In this document: positions 41,830 to 54,430 of the stretch, piece by piece | How positions within the stretch are numbered: position 1 is the first letter of the stretch | Layout of the letters: the number at the start of each line of letters is the position of its first letter | NCBI GenBank assembly: GCA_964035545.1 | Contig: OZ037768.1 | Location: 21,001,700-21,065,699, forward strand | Direction: 5' to 3' | Source: Bugula neritina | Lineage: Eukaryota; Animalia; Bryozoa | DNA: 64,000 nucleotides | Translations under genes and position numbers: made by a program | Notes under the pieces: generated by a model | Told to the model about the DNA's origin: nothing | Databases searched by the model: none | The model's input: the letters and a program-made list of their open reading frames with translations, nothing else

Positions 41830-44092
41830 GCATTGCGCCCATCGGCATCATTTTCAGTGTTCGCGCTAGGAGGTAAACACTAGTTTAACGATTTCTCCAT
41901 GAGTGGACCTGCCTCAAAAAGTGGTCGGCTAATTCAAATCTCATCCGGTAATTTCTAAGAATATTGCTACTGAACTAATAATAATTTAGATAGATATAGC
42001 TATACTAATACTGAGTATTACTAATACTAATAGTAATAGTAATACTAATAGTAATACTCTTTCTAATCCTCATACTCATAGTCATAGTCATAGTGTCATA
42101 CCGATACTGATAGTGATACTCATTTCTGATTTCATAATCATTAGACTTAGTGATTAGTCATTTCAGTATTTCAATATTTTCTTTTAGTTTTATTAATATT
42201 GTCGATGCAATCACGAATTTGAAGCTTCAAGTAAATGTTATCAGTAAATGACTAAATCACCATGACCATCAGCCTCAGGCATCACCGTCGTTATATTGAT
42301 ATTCAATAGTTATATTCAATAATTTATCGTATTTGTTGGCTTTCCAATGTTACATAATCAATATTATTATGTTCATATTGATATTCACATTGACATTCCG
42401 ATTCTAAGCTCTTGCATGTACTTGTAGTTTTACTGTTTTGATATATTTTCTTCTACTCATCTACTTCTAGTTTGAGCCAATGATGTTCAAGTAAAAAACG
42501 TTATCGTTTTACTTTTAGTTGATAAGGTTATCTTTCTGTGGAGCTCTTTGACAACAGAGGAATTTGGCTAACTGAACCCAGCATTACAGTGTGATTACAC
42601 ATTTCAGACCAATATCTGCATATCTGATAGTTGAAGGTATAAGCAGGCAGATGAAATCATCAGTCTCATCGTCAATGAGATGAAATTACCTGTGGAGCTG
42701 CTCAGGTGCTGCTGAGGTGCTGCTGAGGAGTGTTGGTAAGTGTGGATATGCTGACACCCTGCATAGTGCCCAACATTTAATTATACTTACAACATATTTG
42801 TTTAAATCATTTTTTTTTATATAATCTTTATTGCTGAAAATTACTACATTGCGTCAAATGCTATATTATATTCGACAATTCTATTGCATTGGTAGAGCTG
42901 CTGTACAGCTCTTTTAATTCTCTTCCAGGCAATTCAATCACTTGGTAAAGATCTTTTCATTATTACGCCATTGTTCACTGAATTTCTAAATCTGCCTGGT
43001 ACCACTGAAATATAAGTTATTTCTGCTCCCTAATTAGGTCATGAGTATTATGAAGGCTAAACCACAGAGCTATCAAATCATAATTATAACCATTCAACTG
43101 GGATTTTGTTGTTGCAGTCTGCCTTTGTCATTGTTAGTAAAGTGTAGCAGTAACTTCCCAGTGCTGGCATTGGCATGGTATTTATTATAGCCAGGATTTA
43201 AAGGGCTATTTAAGCAGGCTTACTGTTTAAGCTGTTTTAAGCTATTTCAAGTTGAAAGTTCTCCGGTACTGTATTCAAATTAGGGTGGCAATTGACCACC
43301 ATCCCATTGGCTAATTAGTATTCCAAATGCAAGTAGATTACGTAATTGGCATTTCAGTGCATCTAGCTTTGTGAAAATTTAGGGCATAGCTTAGGTGGTG
43401 GCTAGCTCATACCTTTTAGTAGGCCAACTAGAAGCTGTAGCTCTTGATGAATTTAAATGTATATTTGATGGTCTCAATCTGTTACAGTGACCTGTAAGAA
43501 TTAAAGAATGTGGAGACAAAAAAGAAACAGGTAAACTCGGTACTCTCACTTGTTTTAGATGAATTTGCTTTAATTATCATTTTTATCACCATAATAATTG
43601 GTAATTTACGTGATATTTTCATATTATTAAAAAAAAAAATTATTGGTGATTTAAGATGACTAGTCATAAAGGATACATAACAATTATGAATGTGTCATTT
43701 ACTCGAATCTGATGCTATTAAAATCACTACTGTAACAGTCTTTAGTGTATAGTACTGGCTAGTATCGTACTGATGCTAAGTGTGTAGAAATATAATTGCT
43801 TTAATGTAATCATATAACATCACCAATGACTTTTGTCTGGGCTGCTATAACTTTTTATAATTTTAATCCAGCAGTAGCCATGATATTGTAAATACATTAT
43901 TTACTTACTTTACCTGTGACCTCCTATTTACTAGGCAAAAGATCTAACACCTGCCACTGCTGCTCCCTGTATTTTAAACTATATATTCTATTTATATTTA
44001 GAAGGTGGGTGGCCTGTCTCATCTCTTTATGGCGGACAAAGCTGGTTGACTAAAGCCTAAAGTGAAGGTTGGTGAATTCTAGTGGCAAGCTG
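41830..44092 (+). ncRNA. Candidate spliced non-coding transcript (exon 1 ending 41947; exons 42519-42735 and 44002-44092) pointing into the transposon cluster
   Basis: GC-richer promoter-like segment at 41.6-41.95 kb; donor ccg|gtaatt followed by the hexamer island seen after other first exons; acceptors ttttag and atttag; donors g|gtaagt (twice). The ATG at 41899 gives only 33 aa after splicing, and exon 44002-44092 has stops in all three frames. Start coordinate approximate. Confidence 0.45.
42001..42125. repeat. Hexamer-periodic simple repeat (TAGTAA/TACTAA/CATACT/CATAGT)
   Basis: tatactaatactgagtattactaatactaatagtaatagtaatactaatagtaatact...catactcatagtcatagtcat. Confidence 0.85.
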
Positions 44093-45299
44093 GTAAGTGC
44101 AATAAGAAGTTACTAAAAACAACATATATAATACAATATAATAATTTCTAGCCTCTAGTTCTGTATTATATAACATCAAGTTGAGTGATATTTTGAATAG
44201 AGTTGAGTAGTTATATAAAACTTCTAGAAGAATGGACACAATCCCCATTCCTTAGTAATTTTTCTCCAAAATATTCTAGATTGTTCTGTAAGTGTATAAA
44301 TTGTGTTTCAAGTAAGTTTATATTTGATATTTAAAATAATATAAGACACATTTTTAAATATTAAAAAGTGCTAAACTACAGATGTTTTTGTAAAAGTTGA
44401 TATATCTTTTCATTGAATAGCATACATTAGGCAAGTCCTTTTCAGGGCCAGCCTTATAATACTCTAAAGCCGGCTGGCCAAATGTCATAATTTTTTGAAA
44501 ATATTTAGCTTTTTATGTAAAACTTCATATTCACTAATAATAGCCAGGCTGATTGTTGTGCTGCAAATTTTTTTCACACAACGTGACGCCTGAATAGACA
44601 TTTGGGGACTACTGTTAAATTTTTAAGCATTTTAAACTCGCCTTTGCATTGTAGCTTTTTACCATCTCAAATTTTAGATCCATCCTATTTTTCTCATTTT
44701 TTATTCTGCTTCGCCATGCCTTCAATTGCATGCATAGATTGGCAATATAGCTAGATATTTTTGGTTTGATTGGTTTTTATCAAGAAAATAGCAGCACAAG
44801 TGTTAAAATGTGAAAGCACATAGTTTTCGAGTGCAAATTTTATTTTCTTTCTCATTTTTTAAGTTTGTTTTATTCAACTTATAACATTTATTGAAAGTTT
44901 ATTTCTTCCTAGTTCGAATCTACTTGAAGCAGTGGTGGTGTTGGTGGTACTGCTATTAGTTATTGCAGTTGTTATGCCATGTAAAATTTGTGTGCATTGT
45001 ATTTCATTCAACTTGTGCTCCAGCTAATTTTTTTGAGCTTTCAATTGAGGACAGGGGCAATGATAGTACAGCGCTACCGGTGGTGGCAGCTGTAAATTAC
45101 CTTAGTATGCTTATACTCGAAAGTTACTAGTTTGTTGACCCCTAGGGTGCGTGTGACTTTGGGACTCTCTGTCCATCTGCTAGGAAAACCCCAGAGAATA
45201 AGAAAATATTGAACTATGGATGGCTATCCTTGTCCTTACTCCAAAATGGCCCTTGATCGCTGAAGTATTCACATTTGTGTACTGGTTCTGGATATTTCC

Positions 45300-45535
45300 G
45301 AACTGAAAATCTCTCCATGATGGATTAATTCTAGAAACCGGGGATAAAACAGTTCATTCACATCAAAAATATGCCCAGTAAAACAGTGCATTGTGCGCTG
45401 GTGTCTCAAGATATAATCTCGGTGGTAACTGTACTCCCCGCAGGGACAGAATGTCATGAAGAAATGCTGCGGTATGTGGACCCGCAATGTGCGGGGAGTA
45501 GTGAAGTGCATTTGGCACAAGTAACAGGTGGTATT
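45300..45535 (-). mobile_element. Fragment of an atypical double zinc-finger ORF (C2H2 plus CxC...H...C), probably transposon-borne
   Basis: CYLCQMHFTTPRTLRVHIPQHFFMTFCPCGEYSYHRDYILRHQRTMHC; paralogous to the copies at 53.9, 57.2 and 58.7 kb. Confidence 0.6.
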
Positions 45536-46209
45536 TTTTAAGCATTTTAAATTCACCTTTGCATTTTAGCTTTTTACTATCTCAAATTTTAGATACATCT
45601 TATTTTACTCATTTTTTATACTGCTTCGCCATCCCTTCAATTGCATGCATAGACTCGCAATATAGCTAGATATTTGAGGTTTGATCGGTTTTTATCGAGA
45701 AAATAGCAGCAATTGATTTTTTATTAAACTTTTTTCATCACTCTTCTGATCTACAAGTTGGAATTCTAAGGGAAGGTTTTAGATCTAGTGGTTATTTTTT
45801 AGCACATATTCTATTGCAAGTGAACTGAGCTAATGCACAAGTGTTAACATGTGAAAGGATGTGGTGTTTGTTTCATTTTGTCGAATGCGGAAAAAATACA
45901 TACAGTTGAGGAAAATAAACAAAATGACAAGGCCTATGGGGCAATAGCACTGCAGCTAGTCGAGGCACCGTGTTAGAGTGAAGGTTTTATTTCAGTTTTC
46001 ATTTTCTAAGTTTGTCTTATTCAACTTATAACATTCAATTTTTGCTCCAGCTAGCTTCTTCGTGCTTTCAAAGCCAAACTGTAGAATTTCAGTATTTTAA
46101 CTTTCACTCCATATTTGCTGCAGCTAAAGGCTTAGTTTCTAATTTTGAAAAACAGGTCTGCTTTTTGACGGCTCCTCATTTTGATTATGCTGCAGCCAAA
46201 ATGCTGGGC

Positions 46210-46325
46210 TGAATTCCAGGAAACAGCGGTTGAAGGTGTCCTGCGACATAGAGAACTTTTGCTCTTTTTGAGGATCGACCCTGACAGTCGTAAAAGCCAT
46301 GTGATGCACTGATACAAACATCACC
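46210..46325 (-). mobile_element. Short fragment resembling the N-terminal (CxC-adjacent) region of animal KDZ-type transposases
   Basis: VHHMAFTTV...KFSMSQDTFNRCFLEF resembles the remembered S..AF...D.F.R.FLE[WFY] motif. The fragment is short, so the call is tentative. Confidence 0.4.
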
Positions 46326-46517
46326 CCTAAGTAATTTTTCTCCAAAATATTCTAGATTGTTACGCAAGTGTATAAAATGTGTTTCAAATAAGTTTATATT
46401 TGATATTAATTTAAATTATTTAAGACACATTTTTAAACATTAAAAAGTGCTAAATGACAGTTATTTTTGTAAAAGTTGATATATCTTTTCATTGAATAGC
46501 ATACATTAGACAAGTCC

Positions 46518-46789
46518 TGTAGTGAACTAGGCTTTGAGTTGAGCATTAACTCTTCACTGATGTCCTTTATTTTGTTTTATTCAACATACATTAGTTGATC
46601 TCATTGACTTCTATTTACATCCTATCGACACCGTCAAGATTATTTTGCTCTCTTAAAATTACACCAGTTCACTAACACCAACAATTGCCAAGTGCCAGAG
46701 TTAGCACTGGCTGTGCTGTAGAAAGCTTTTCTTAGTGCGTTGTTCATATAGCTAAAATAGCTTAGCAAAGTAGCGCTAATTTCACTACA
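46518..46789 (-). mobile_element. Solo LTR, 272 bp, with 5-bp target-site duplication
   Basis: Termini TGTAGTGAA...TTCACTACA; TSD AGTCC at 46513-46517 and 46790-46794. The empty site caagtccttttcaggg is present in the paralogous module near 44432. Orientation inferred from AATAAA motifs on the minus strand (~46565-46580). Confidence 0.9.
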
Positions 46790-46942
46790 AGTCCTTTTCA
46801 GGGCCAGCCTTATAGTACTTTAAAACGGGCTGGCCCAACGACATAATTTTGTTAAAGTATTTAGCTTTTTATGTGAACCTTCATCACTAATAATAGCCAG
46901 GCTGATTTTTGTGCAGCACATTTTTTCACACAATGTGACACC

Positions 46943-48031
46943 TGTAGCGTCGCCACTAACTATAGATGAGTTGTACTGGTGTTGGTTTTCGTAACTTTAT
47001 TTTTACGTATTCCAACTGCCGTAAGAAACTGTAAAAGTAGGTTATTAATATATGCAACTATAACAGGTTTTTAAAATAAAACAAACCGAAATTATTTATG
47101 TAATTGTAAAATATTCAAACATATATACAAATCTTGAATTAATCACCTCTTGCCTTCTTTTAGTGGCTAGCTAGGTTAAGTTTGTTTCTATGAAACGGTA
47201 TTACAGGTCTACTAAAAAATATCAAACTATAATAAAAATGACATTAAGTGATAACTGCAATTAGACAAATGTTAAGACAATTAGTAAGAATGAATGTATA
47301 GCCCATAGACAGGGATTGAAACTTATATTCAATGTTCACTTAAATTAGTAGCTGCATTAAACTACTGTAAGTGTAAAAATAAGGTTTTAACTGCCAATTA
47401 GAATACTAGCCAGTGATAAACTAATCAATCACTGGAGAGCTTGCCTTAAGAATTTGTAATTTTGTGAGAAATCTATTATGAAGTAAACACATAGCCATAA
47501 ATTCTATCATGCACTGACCACACTGGCATTCTAAAAATTGTCAAACTTATAAACATGTTAAATAAACCAAATAGTTATTCTTATAGTTGAAATAGATAAA
47601 AATACTTAAGGAAAGCTTCAAATTATTACAAATACTGAAGAACAAAACTAACCTGTGCCTCTTTAAGTTAATTCCAATTTAAATTCATTTGTATTTTATT
47701 AATTATATCATTTAAAACTGATGTTATTGATGTAATAAGCTTGCATCGCTAGCGCGCTACTATTCCACTAACTGTAGGGTCAACGTCTGCACTCAAACAT
47801 CCGGGCTGCCTAAGCGTAACGCCACAGCCAATGAGCGAGAGCGTGCTGTTATCTAATTAATGAATTTACAACTAGTAGTCGTTGCGTAGGCGATAATCAC
47901 GTGATGCGATAACCTATTTGAGTGGAACGTTGTGCTAAACTCAACGCTGAATGCTAGATTAACTATTATGTATTCATTACACTACATTACTTTTACTGCT
48001 TGAATTAATTATGTTCATTGCTAACTTTACA
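46943..48031 (-). mobile_element. 3' LTR (~1.09 kb) of the BEL/Pao element
   Basis: On minus it begins TGTAAAG immediately after the polypurine tract AAAGGGGGAG (48041-48032) and ends GCTACA at 46943, where similarity to the host module (44250-44592) stops. Confidence 0.8.
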
Positions 48032-48069
48032 CTCCCCCTTTGATTCGCTTTAGATTGCCGAATCAAAAC

Positions 48070-49930
48070 TTAATACTGCGCCCTCTGAATTACTACTATG
48101 GATTGAATCGGTCTCTCTAGGTAGCTAAAGTCAGATCTCCGTTTCCCATTTCTATCAAGACTGCTATCAGCTAAGAGTAGTTTTACCTTGCGGACCTTGC
48201 CATCGCTGCTTGGTATAGCTTCCACTACCCGAGCCAGCGGCCAACTGTTGCGTACCGACTGGTCATCCTTCACCACAACTATATCGTCTTTTTTTTCCAT
48301 TAGGCTGTGAGCCTTCCCATTTCTGTCTAACCTGTAGAGATTGCAGGTATTCAAATCGCCATCGTGACCAAAATGTGTTGGCCAGACCTTGTACCTGGCG
48401 CCATCGTTTTCTGGAATAAACATCGTGGTCATCAAATTCTCCTGGTGGAGGTTGCGCAACCTTTGTTTTCATTGTCAGCAACTGGTTTGGTGTCAATGGT
48501 GTGCAGTCATCATTTACAGCCAGAGGCCTGGAATTTACTATTGCCATAACCTCAAACAGGAGGGTCCGAAGAGTGCTAGTGTTAAATCTCATCTTGTGCT
48601 GTGCAAGCATAGAATTCAAGATGTTGCGTACTGAACGGATCTGGCGCTCCCAGACGCCACCCATGTGGCTTGAGTTAGGTGGATTAAACACAAAATCAAA
48701 GTTGTTCCGCAGTGCAAAGTTGTCCAGCTTTCTAGCGCTTTCTGTCAAAGCTTTGTGAAATTCGTTTGCTGCCCCTATAAAGTTTGTTCCTCTGTCTGAT
48801 CTTAGCTGCCTTATTGGTCCTCGCATAGCTATGAAGCATCTTGATGAGTTTATAAATGCGTCAGTACTCATATCATCTAATAGTTCGAGGTGCACGGCTC
48901 TTGATGCCATACACGTAAATATAAGGCCATATCGTTTTTGCTCTTTTCGGCCTTCTTTCACATAGAATGGGCCAAAGCAGTCACAGCCAACATACGTAAA
49001 TGGTGGACCAGGTGTTGTTCGTTCTACAGGGAGGCTAGCCATCTTTTGCGTCTCTGTAGGTCGTCTCTGTCGTCTACATTTTACACAGTGGTGAATGCAT
49101 GTGTTTACCAAATGAGTGCAGCCTATTATCCAATAGCCTGATGCCCTAATTTCTGCTATTGTAGCATTTTTGCCCTGATGGGCTGTTCTTTCATGACAGT
49201 GTCTTACTAGTAATTGAGTGATGTGTGATTGGCGAGGCAGAATTATTGGATTCGTCTCTTTATATGGAAGCTCAGTAGATTGCAGTCGTCCACCAACTCT
49301 CACCAATCCAAACTTATCCATAATCGGATCCAGTTTCCTTAATGAACTCTTTTTGTCTAGTGTGCCGTTTTTGACTTTGTTGTAGTCAGGTAAACCTTGT
49401 TGTTGGGCCCATTTGAAAAATAAAAACTTTGTCTCTTCGTTATCTTGTACGGTTGCCTGGGGGGCTTTTATGAAACTTTTGTTTTGGCAGGCTTTGCGGA
49501 GTGTTGTTACTGCTCGTATAGCTGTATTCAGATCTGAAAACTTCAATAGCCTGTCAACCCAGCTACTGGTGGAGTTAGAAGTTTGCGTTCGATGACAAGT
49601 TTTTATTTTTGGATCACTGTCTCTTGTAAGAAAACTCTCTTGACACGCTGAAAAATCAGGCAGGTTTTCACTCCAAAGGAAGTCTGGTCCTTTTAGCCAT
49701 TTAGAATCTGATAACTTAGAGGCTGAGGTGCCCCTTGATGCCAAGCCTGCTGGATTTTCCATAGTATTGATGTAGTGCCACTGTTTAGGATTTTTAGTCT
49801 CTCTAATCTTCTGTACTCTGTTGGCAACATATACGTGGAATCGTTTTGTTTCGTTGTTGACATAGCCTAGAACGATTTTCGAATCTGTCCAATAATGTTG
49901 TTCCACAGTTTCTAATCTGAGTTCTTTTGT
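48070..49930 (-). mobile_element. BEL/Pao LTR retrotransposon pol, 3' part (end of RNase H, integrase, C-terminal domain); 5'-truncated, one frameshift in an A-run near 48295
   Basis: WTDSKIVL, FHVYVANRV, HHCC finger (HCHERTAH...CVKC), catalytic CDCFGP / SDRGTNF / GGVWER, then FWSRWRFEYLQSLQVRQKW and NSWPLARV...VRKV...LERPIQSIV. Confidence 0.95.
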
Positions 49931-50569
49931 CGAGTACTGTGCAACAGGGGATAGTGGTGGTTTTGAGAGGAGCTACACGTGCTTTGCCAAGTAGGAGGCT
50001 GCAGTGTACTCTTCCCTAGCTGTTGACTGACTACTGCTAAATTTAAGCATTTTAAACTCACCTTTGCATTGTAGCTTTTTACCATCTCAAATTTTAGATC
50101 CATCTTATTTTTCTCATTTTTTATTCCGCTTTACCATGCCTTCAATTGCATGCAGAGACTTGCCATATAGCTAGATATTTTTGGTTTGATTGGTTTTTAT
50201 CGAGAAAATAGCAGCAATTGACTTTTTAGTAAACTTTTTCATCCCTATTCTGATCTACAAGTTGGAATTCTAAGGAAAGCCTTTAGATCTAGTTAAAGTA
50301 GTTATTTTCACAGGTTTTTAGCAGAGATTCCACTGCAAGTAGAATGAGCTAATGCACATGGTGTTGGAATGCAAATTTTATTTTCTTTCTCATTTTTTAA
50401 GTTTGTCTTCAACTTATAACATATTGAAGCAGTGGTGGTGTTGGTGGTACTGCTATTAGTTATTGCAGTTGTGATGCCATGTAAAATGAGTGTGCATTGT
50501 ATTTCATTCAACTTGTTTAAATGAAACTTCCCAATTCCCAATTCTTTCGTTTAACTTGAGGAAGTTCTC

Positions 50570-50880
50570 TCATTTTTTTCGATTCATCATCCTTATTGAT
50601 TGTCATCCCAACTTTTAGTTTTGCCGGCCGTTTAACATGGTGGGAGATCTGTATAGACATTTGAGCACTTTTGTTTCAAAGTTTTGAGACAGTCATTTTG
50701 TTACCTCATTTTTTCATTACCAGGAAGTTCCAAAAGGAACCACTTTCATTAGAATACAGCTCTTTTAATGTTCAAAGAAACACAGTTTCGTTGTATTTGT
50801 ATTAAAATCAGCTGCTCTTCGATCCTTGTTGGACCCTGTTCTCAAGACTTGACCTTTTCAATAAAAGGCGATATTCCTGA
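50570..50880 (-). mobile_element. Decayed copy of the tyrosine-recombinase-family-like gene fragment
   Basis: Nucleotide similarity to 54150-54430, 57420-57700 and 62240-62520 (e.g. gcagctgattttaatacaaatacaac on minus). Confidence 0.55.
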
Positions 50881-52050
50881 AAGTGCAGAAAATAACTGAC
50901 AAATTAGGAATATCACTCGCATATGACACATCATTTCATTAATAAACTCATAATAGAACTTGTAACTACATTACAGCAATTTTTTTTACTGGCTTAAGAA
51001 ACTATCAGACACATCTTGAATTTTTTGGTTGTTTGGCTCCACTGAAATTAGTTATTTTTGTTTAGTATTTGCAAACTAATTTAAGCCCAATCATAGCCAT
51101 TTTTATACGAGTCGTTTGTAGCGGCTTAAGTCACCCTTTAACTGTTGGGTACCACTTATTCCTTATTTTGCAATAATCATATAGCTTGCTTTATCTCATA
51201 CGGCAAACTTGCTCTTTTATACTTATATCCTCCTAGTTAGTATGGTCACTGCCTCAACAATAGAGGTACTTCTTTCTCTATTTCCATCTCTTTATTTTTT
51301 TTACTTTTCAGCAGAATTTCCAAAAAATAATTAGAAAGTAAAACTTGTGAACGCAGTGAAGTTTTAGATGAGCAATTATTTTAAACTCAACAACTTCAAA
51401 TATGCAATGTTATTTTAACTGCTGATGCAGCCCCGAAGATTTGAAAAGTTTTGACAGATTTTACTTTAATATTATATTATCTTCCAAAATACAGACTTTA
51501 TTGCATGTTTAAATTAGAAAATAAAATAGCCAAACATTATTTGAAACAAATTTATATTAGCAACTGTAAGCTTCAAAACTCCTACATGAAACAAAAAATA
51601 TGCCAACTGTATGTCTTTTCCATAAAAGTAAATTTAGCTTATAGCTTTACCTCTCTAACCTTTTAAATTATTTCTGAAAATCAATCAAAAGTGAAACCAA
51701 TTGCCATGTAAATAAAAGAGCTCAGTTGGAACTTACTGAGTATGCACTTATAAACTGCAGTTCTTTTAAAGACAGGAGAAAAACCGTTTCAATGTGAGAA
51801 GAAGTAAACATGTGAAAGGATGTGGTGTTTGTTTCATTTTGTCGAAGACGGAAAAATTACATACAGCTGAGGAAAATAAACAAAATGACAAGACCTATGG
51901 GGCAATAGCACTGCAGCTAGTCGAGGCACCGTGTTAGAGTGAAGGTTTTATTTCAGTTTTCATTTTCTAAGTTTTTCTTATTCAACTTATAACATCTGCT
52001 TTTTGACAGCTCATCATTTTGATTATGCTGCAGCCAAAATGCTGGGCTGA

Positions 52051-52335
52051 GATAGTCGTTAAAAATCTGGGCAGTTTGATAAACATTGTTTCTGTGAATC
52101 TCAAGTCATGTGTTATGCGTTGAGTTAGACTTCCCCTTACAGTATATACAAAAAAGTCACAATATTTGGCTTTGGTTATTTTAAGCTGACCTTGTACTTG
52201 GCCATAATGTTGGTGTTTCTTTTTGAGAATTGACTTTGTGCCATCGAAAGATTTTTTTAGAAAGGAAGCTGTGTTGAATGATAGGAGATCATCTAAAACC
52301 GGGCACTTAATTTCCAGAATGCCTTTCCGTGACAG
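52051..52335 (-). mobile_element. YqaJ/lambda-type exonuclease fragment (C-terminal half), of the kind carried by Kolobok-type and other DNA transposons; not in the ORF track
   Basis: Hand translation: GILEIKCP...SILKKKHQHYGQVQGQLKITKAKYCDFFVYT...QRITHDLRFTETMFIKL, containing the EIKCP, Y.QVQGQ and CDF.V motifs. Confidence 0.85.
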
Positions 52336-52791
52336 TGTTGTTGACAGAGACAGCAGGTAATATTATCCATATCCCCCCTCTGTCGTAGTATTATCCGCTC
52401 CGTGTCTCCCTAGATTCTTGGAAAGCTTTCTTTTGTAGCATTACTGAGTTCATTCACTGTAAAGGTTAAATCATGTTATTTACTGCTTGATTTTTTACGT
52501 TGTCCCGCAGCAAGCTAAATGAAACAACAATGCTTGTTTGGGTGATAATGGAGAAAAGGTGACACAGATACATTTTACATAATAAACTAAATGCACCGCA
52601 ATAATAAAACATATACACGTAAAACATTGATTCTTACCTTTATCATATTCAACTTTGGAAATAGCTTATTCCAAGGATTTTTATTCTTTTTTTTCATATC
52701 TCCTTTTGTAACTTTACCTCTCTAACCTTAGAAATTATTTCCAAAAAACAATCAAAGTGAAACCAATTGCTATGTAAATAAAAGAGTTTAG

Positions 52792-52980
52792 TTAGAACTT
52801 ACTGAGTATGCACTTATAAACTGCAGTTTTTTTTAAAGACAGCTTTTTATGTCGCTTATGGGCTTTGCCCTTCATGCCTAATAGGCTCCACAGTCCATTA
52901 GTGCCAATTCTTCTCATTGCCCGTTTAACCATATCTGAGCAGCTTTTTCTCCCCAGTTGGAAGAGAAAAGTTGTCCACAA
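52792..52980 (-). mobile_element. DUF4806/BEN-like accessory gene exon of a DNA transposon (copy 1)
   Basis: FLFQLGRKSCSDMVKRAMRRIGTNGLWSLLGMKGK...KLSLKKTAVYKCI matches the L..LGG...D.V.R.M.R+.TN.L......G...K pattern; ends at a GTAAGT donor. Confidence 0.65.
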
Positions 52981-53834
52981 AGTTGAAGTTATCTATCATG
53001 AGTCTGCATGAATACATTTACTGTTATTACAGTTTGAAAAATATTTTTTCCAACAATGAGAAACACTTCATAAGAGAAACGCATTGTAGCTTTAAAACCT
53101 AAAGTTCACTAGAAATATCAGGCACACCAGGACGTTATACATTGCATGTTATACACCGATAGTCTTTAAATTAGCTATGCAATATATTATATAGTAACAC
53201 TATGTACCAGAGCAGATCATTTCTCTTTTGACGATTGAAGAAGCCCTTCAAAAAATTTGAACTCTTGCATTGTTTTTAAAGGCTCCTCCAGGTGCTCGGT
53301 GATAGTTATATTACCCTTGCAACTATAGCTATCACTGATCATAGCCATTATTTTTTGCTGCCCAGCCAGTAACTCTTTTGAGTTGTTTCTTCATGTCTCT
53401 AAAATTCCATACTATATATGACCTTAAACTAAGTTCTAGTTTATAGCTGTCCTATATTAGTATTTAGATTAACTAAAAATGAACACTTATGTAATTTATC
53501 TACGACCAAAGCAAATCCAGCAAGTTACCAAGCTCAAGACTACTGATTCCAAAAGATTCCTTTTGTCCTGAAAACTACACAAGAACATGTAATTGCTACT
53601 CTTTTGCTGAAAACTTGTATAAATACAGAAATTTGATTATAGTACATTAGGCACCTTCTACGTCTTTTTTGAGTTCTCCAGTAAAATCGGCTGGTCCGGA
53701 GCTGTCATCTGCAACTATTTCTTTAGACCAATTTTTGAAAATCTTTTAATTTAGTAGGTAGCCAAAAGCATTGCTAAGAGAAGTGTCCATTACTTCCACA
53801 TCTCCAACACACAAGGGTGCGTCTGCCGAAGTTG

Positions 53835-54090
53835 AAGAATGTTGGGTAGAAGGCCTCGTCTACATCGTATGGATTCCCTTGGAAGCAATTCATTGTCCTT
53901 TGGTGACAGAGTATATAGTCCCTGTGGTAGCTGAACTCCCCACAAGGACAGAAGGTGGTGACAAAGTGCTGTGGGAGATGCACCTGCAGCCTGCGGTGAG
54001 TGGTGAAGTGTTGTTGGCAGAGCCGACAAATAGTACTGTCTTCATCAGCGCGGTATTGGCGAATCTCCCTTTCCGTTGCTGGCGTCGTAC
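53835..54090 (-). mobile_element. Atypical double zinc-finger ORF fragment, fused downstream to a gag zinc-knuckle fragment (LVCWRCGSNGH)
   Basis: CRLCQQHFTTHRRLQVHLPQHFVTTFCPCGEFSYHRDYILCHQRTMNC; duplicated at 57100-57360. Confidence 0.65.
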
Positions 54091-54094
54091 AGCT

Positions 54095-54430
54095 GACCAA
54101 TTGCTCTCGCATAACTGGAGGAAGTTCTTCGAGTTCTTTTGCAATTCCGCATCATCCCTAATGATTGCCATCTCAACCTTTAATGTCACTGGGCGCTTAA
54201 CATAGTGGGAGATCTGTATAAACATTTGAGCACTTTTGTTTCCAAGTTTTGAGACAGCCATTTCAACTGCTTCACATTTTTGTTGTTACTTCCATTAGAG
54301 TACAGCTCTTTCAATAGGCGTTCAAGGAAATACAGTTTTGTTGTATTTGTATTAAAATCAGCTGCTCTTCGATCCTTGTTGGACCCTGTTCTCAAGACTT
54401 GACCTTTTCAATAAAAGACGATATTCCTGA
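54095..54430 (-). mobile_element. Fragment of a putative tyrosine-recombinase-family gene (N-terminal helical region, no catalytic residues); duplicated at 57360-57700
   Basis: AVSKLGNKSAQMFIQISHYVKRPVTLKVEMAIIRDDAELQKNSKNFLQLCESNWSA resembles the remembered +GH.+K+......A+..D......F..L....W...+S..AL motif of animal SET-domain-associated recombinase-like proteins (PANTHER PTHR33480-like). Confidence 0.5.

Larger units (their letters stand above)
44250..50520. repeat. Locally repeated modules: 44250-44592 matches 46328-46944 (minus an insertion); 44610-44800 matches 45535-45710 and 50030-50215; 44925-45015 matches 50425-50515
   Basis: Shared strings such as agtaatttttctccaaaatattctagattgtt, taagcattttaaa.tc.cctttgcatt.tagctttt and gaagcagtggtggtgttggtggtactgctattagtt. 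One module reads on minus as a decayed exon ending ...MDLKFEMVKSYNAK|gtgagt. Confidence 0.85.

Noticed and set aside
53771-54205. 144-aa plus-strand ORF (duplicated at 57040-57474)
   Set aside because: Antisense to recognisable zinc-finger, gag-knuckle and recombinase-like fragments, crosses chimeric junctions, and has no motif of its own.
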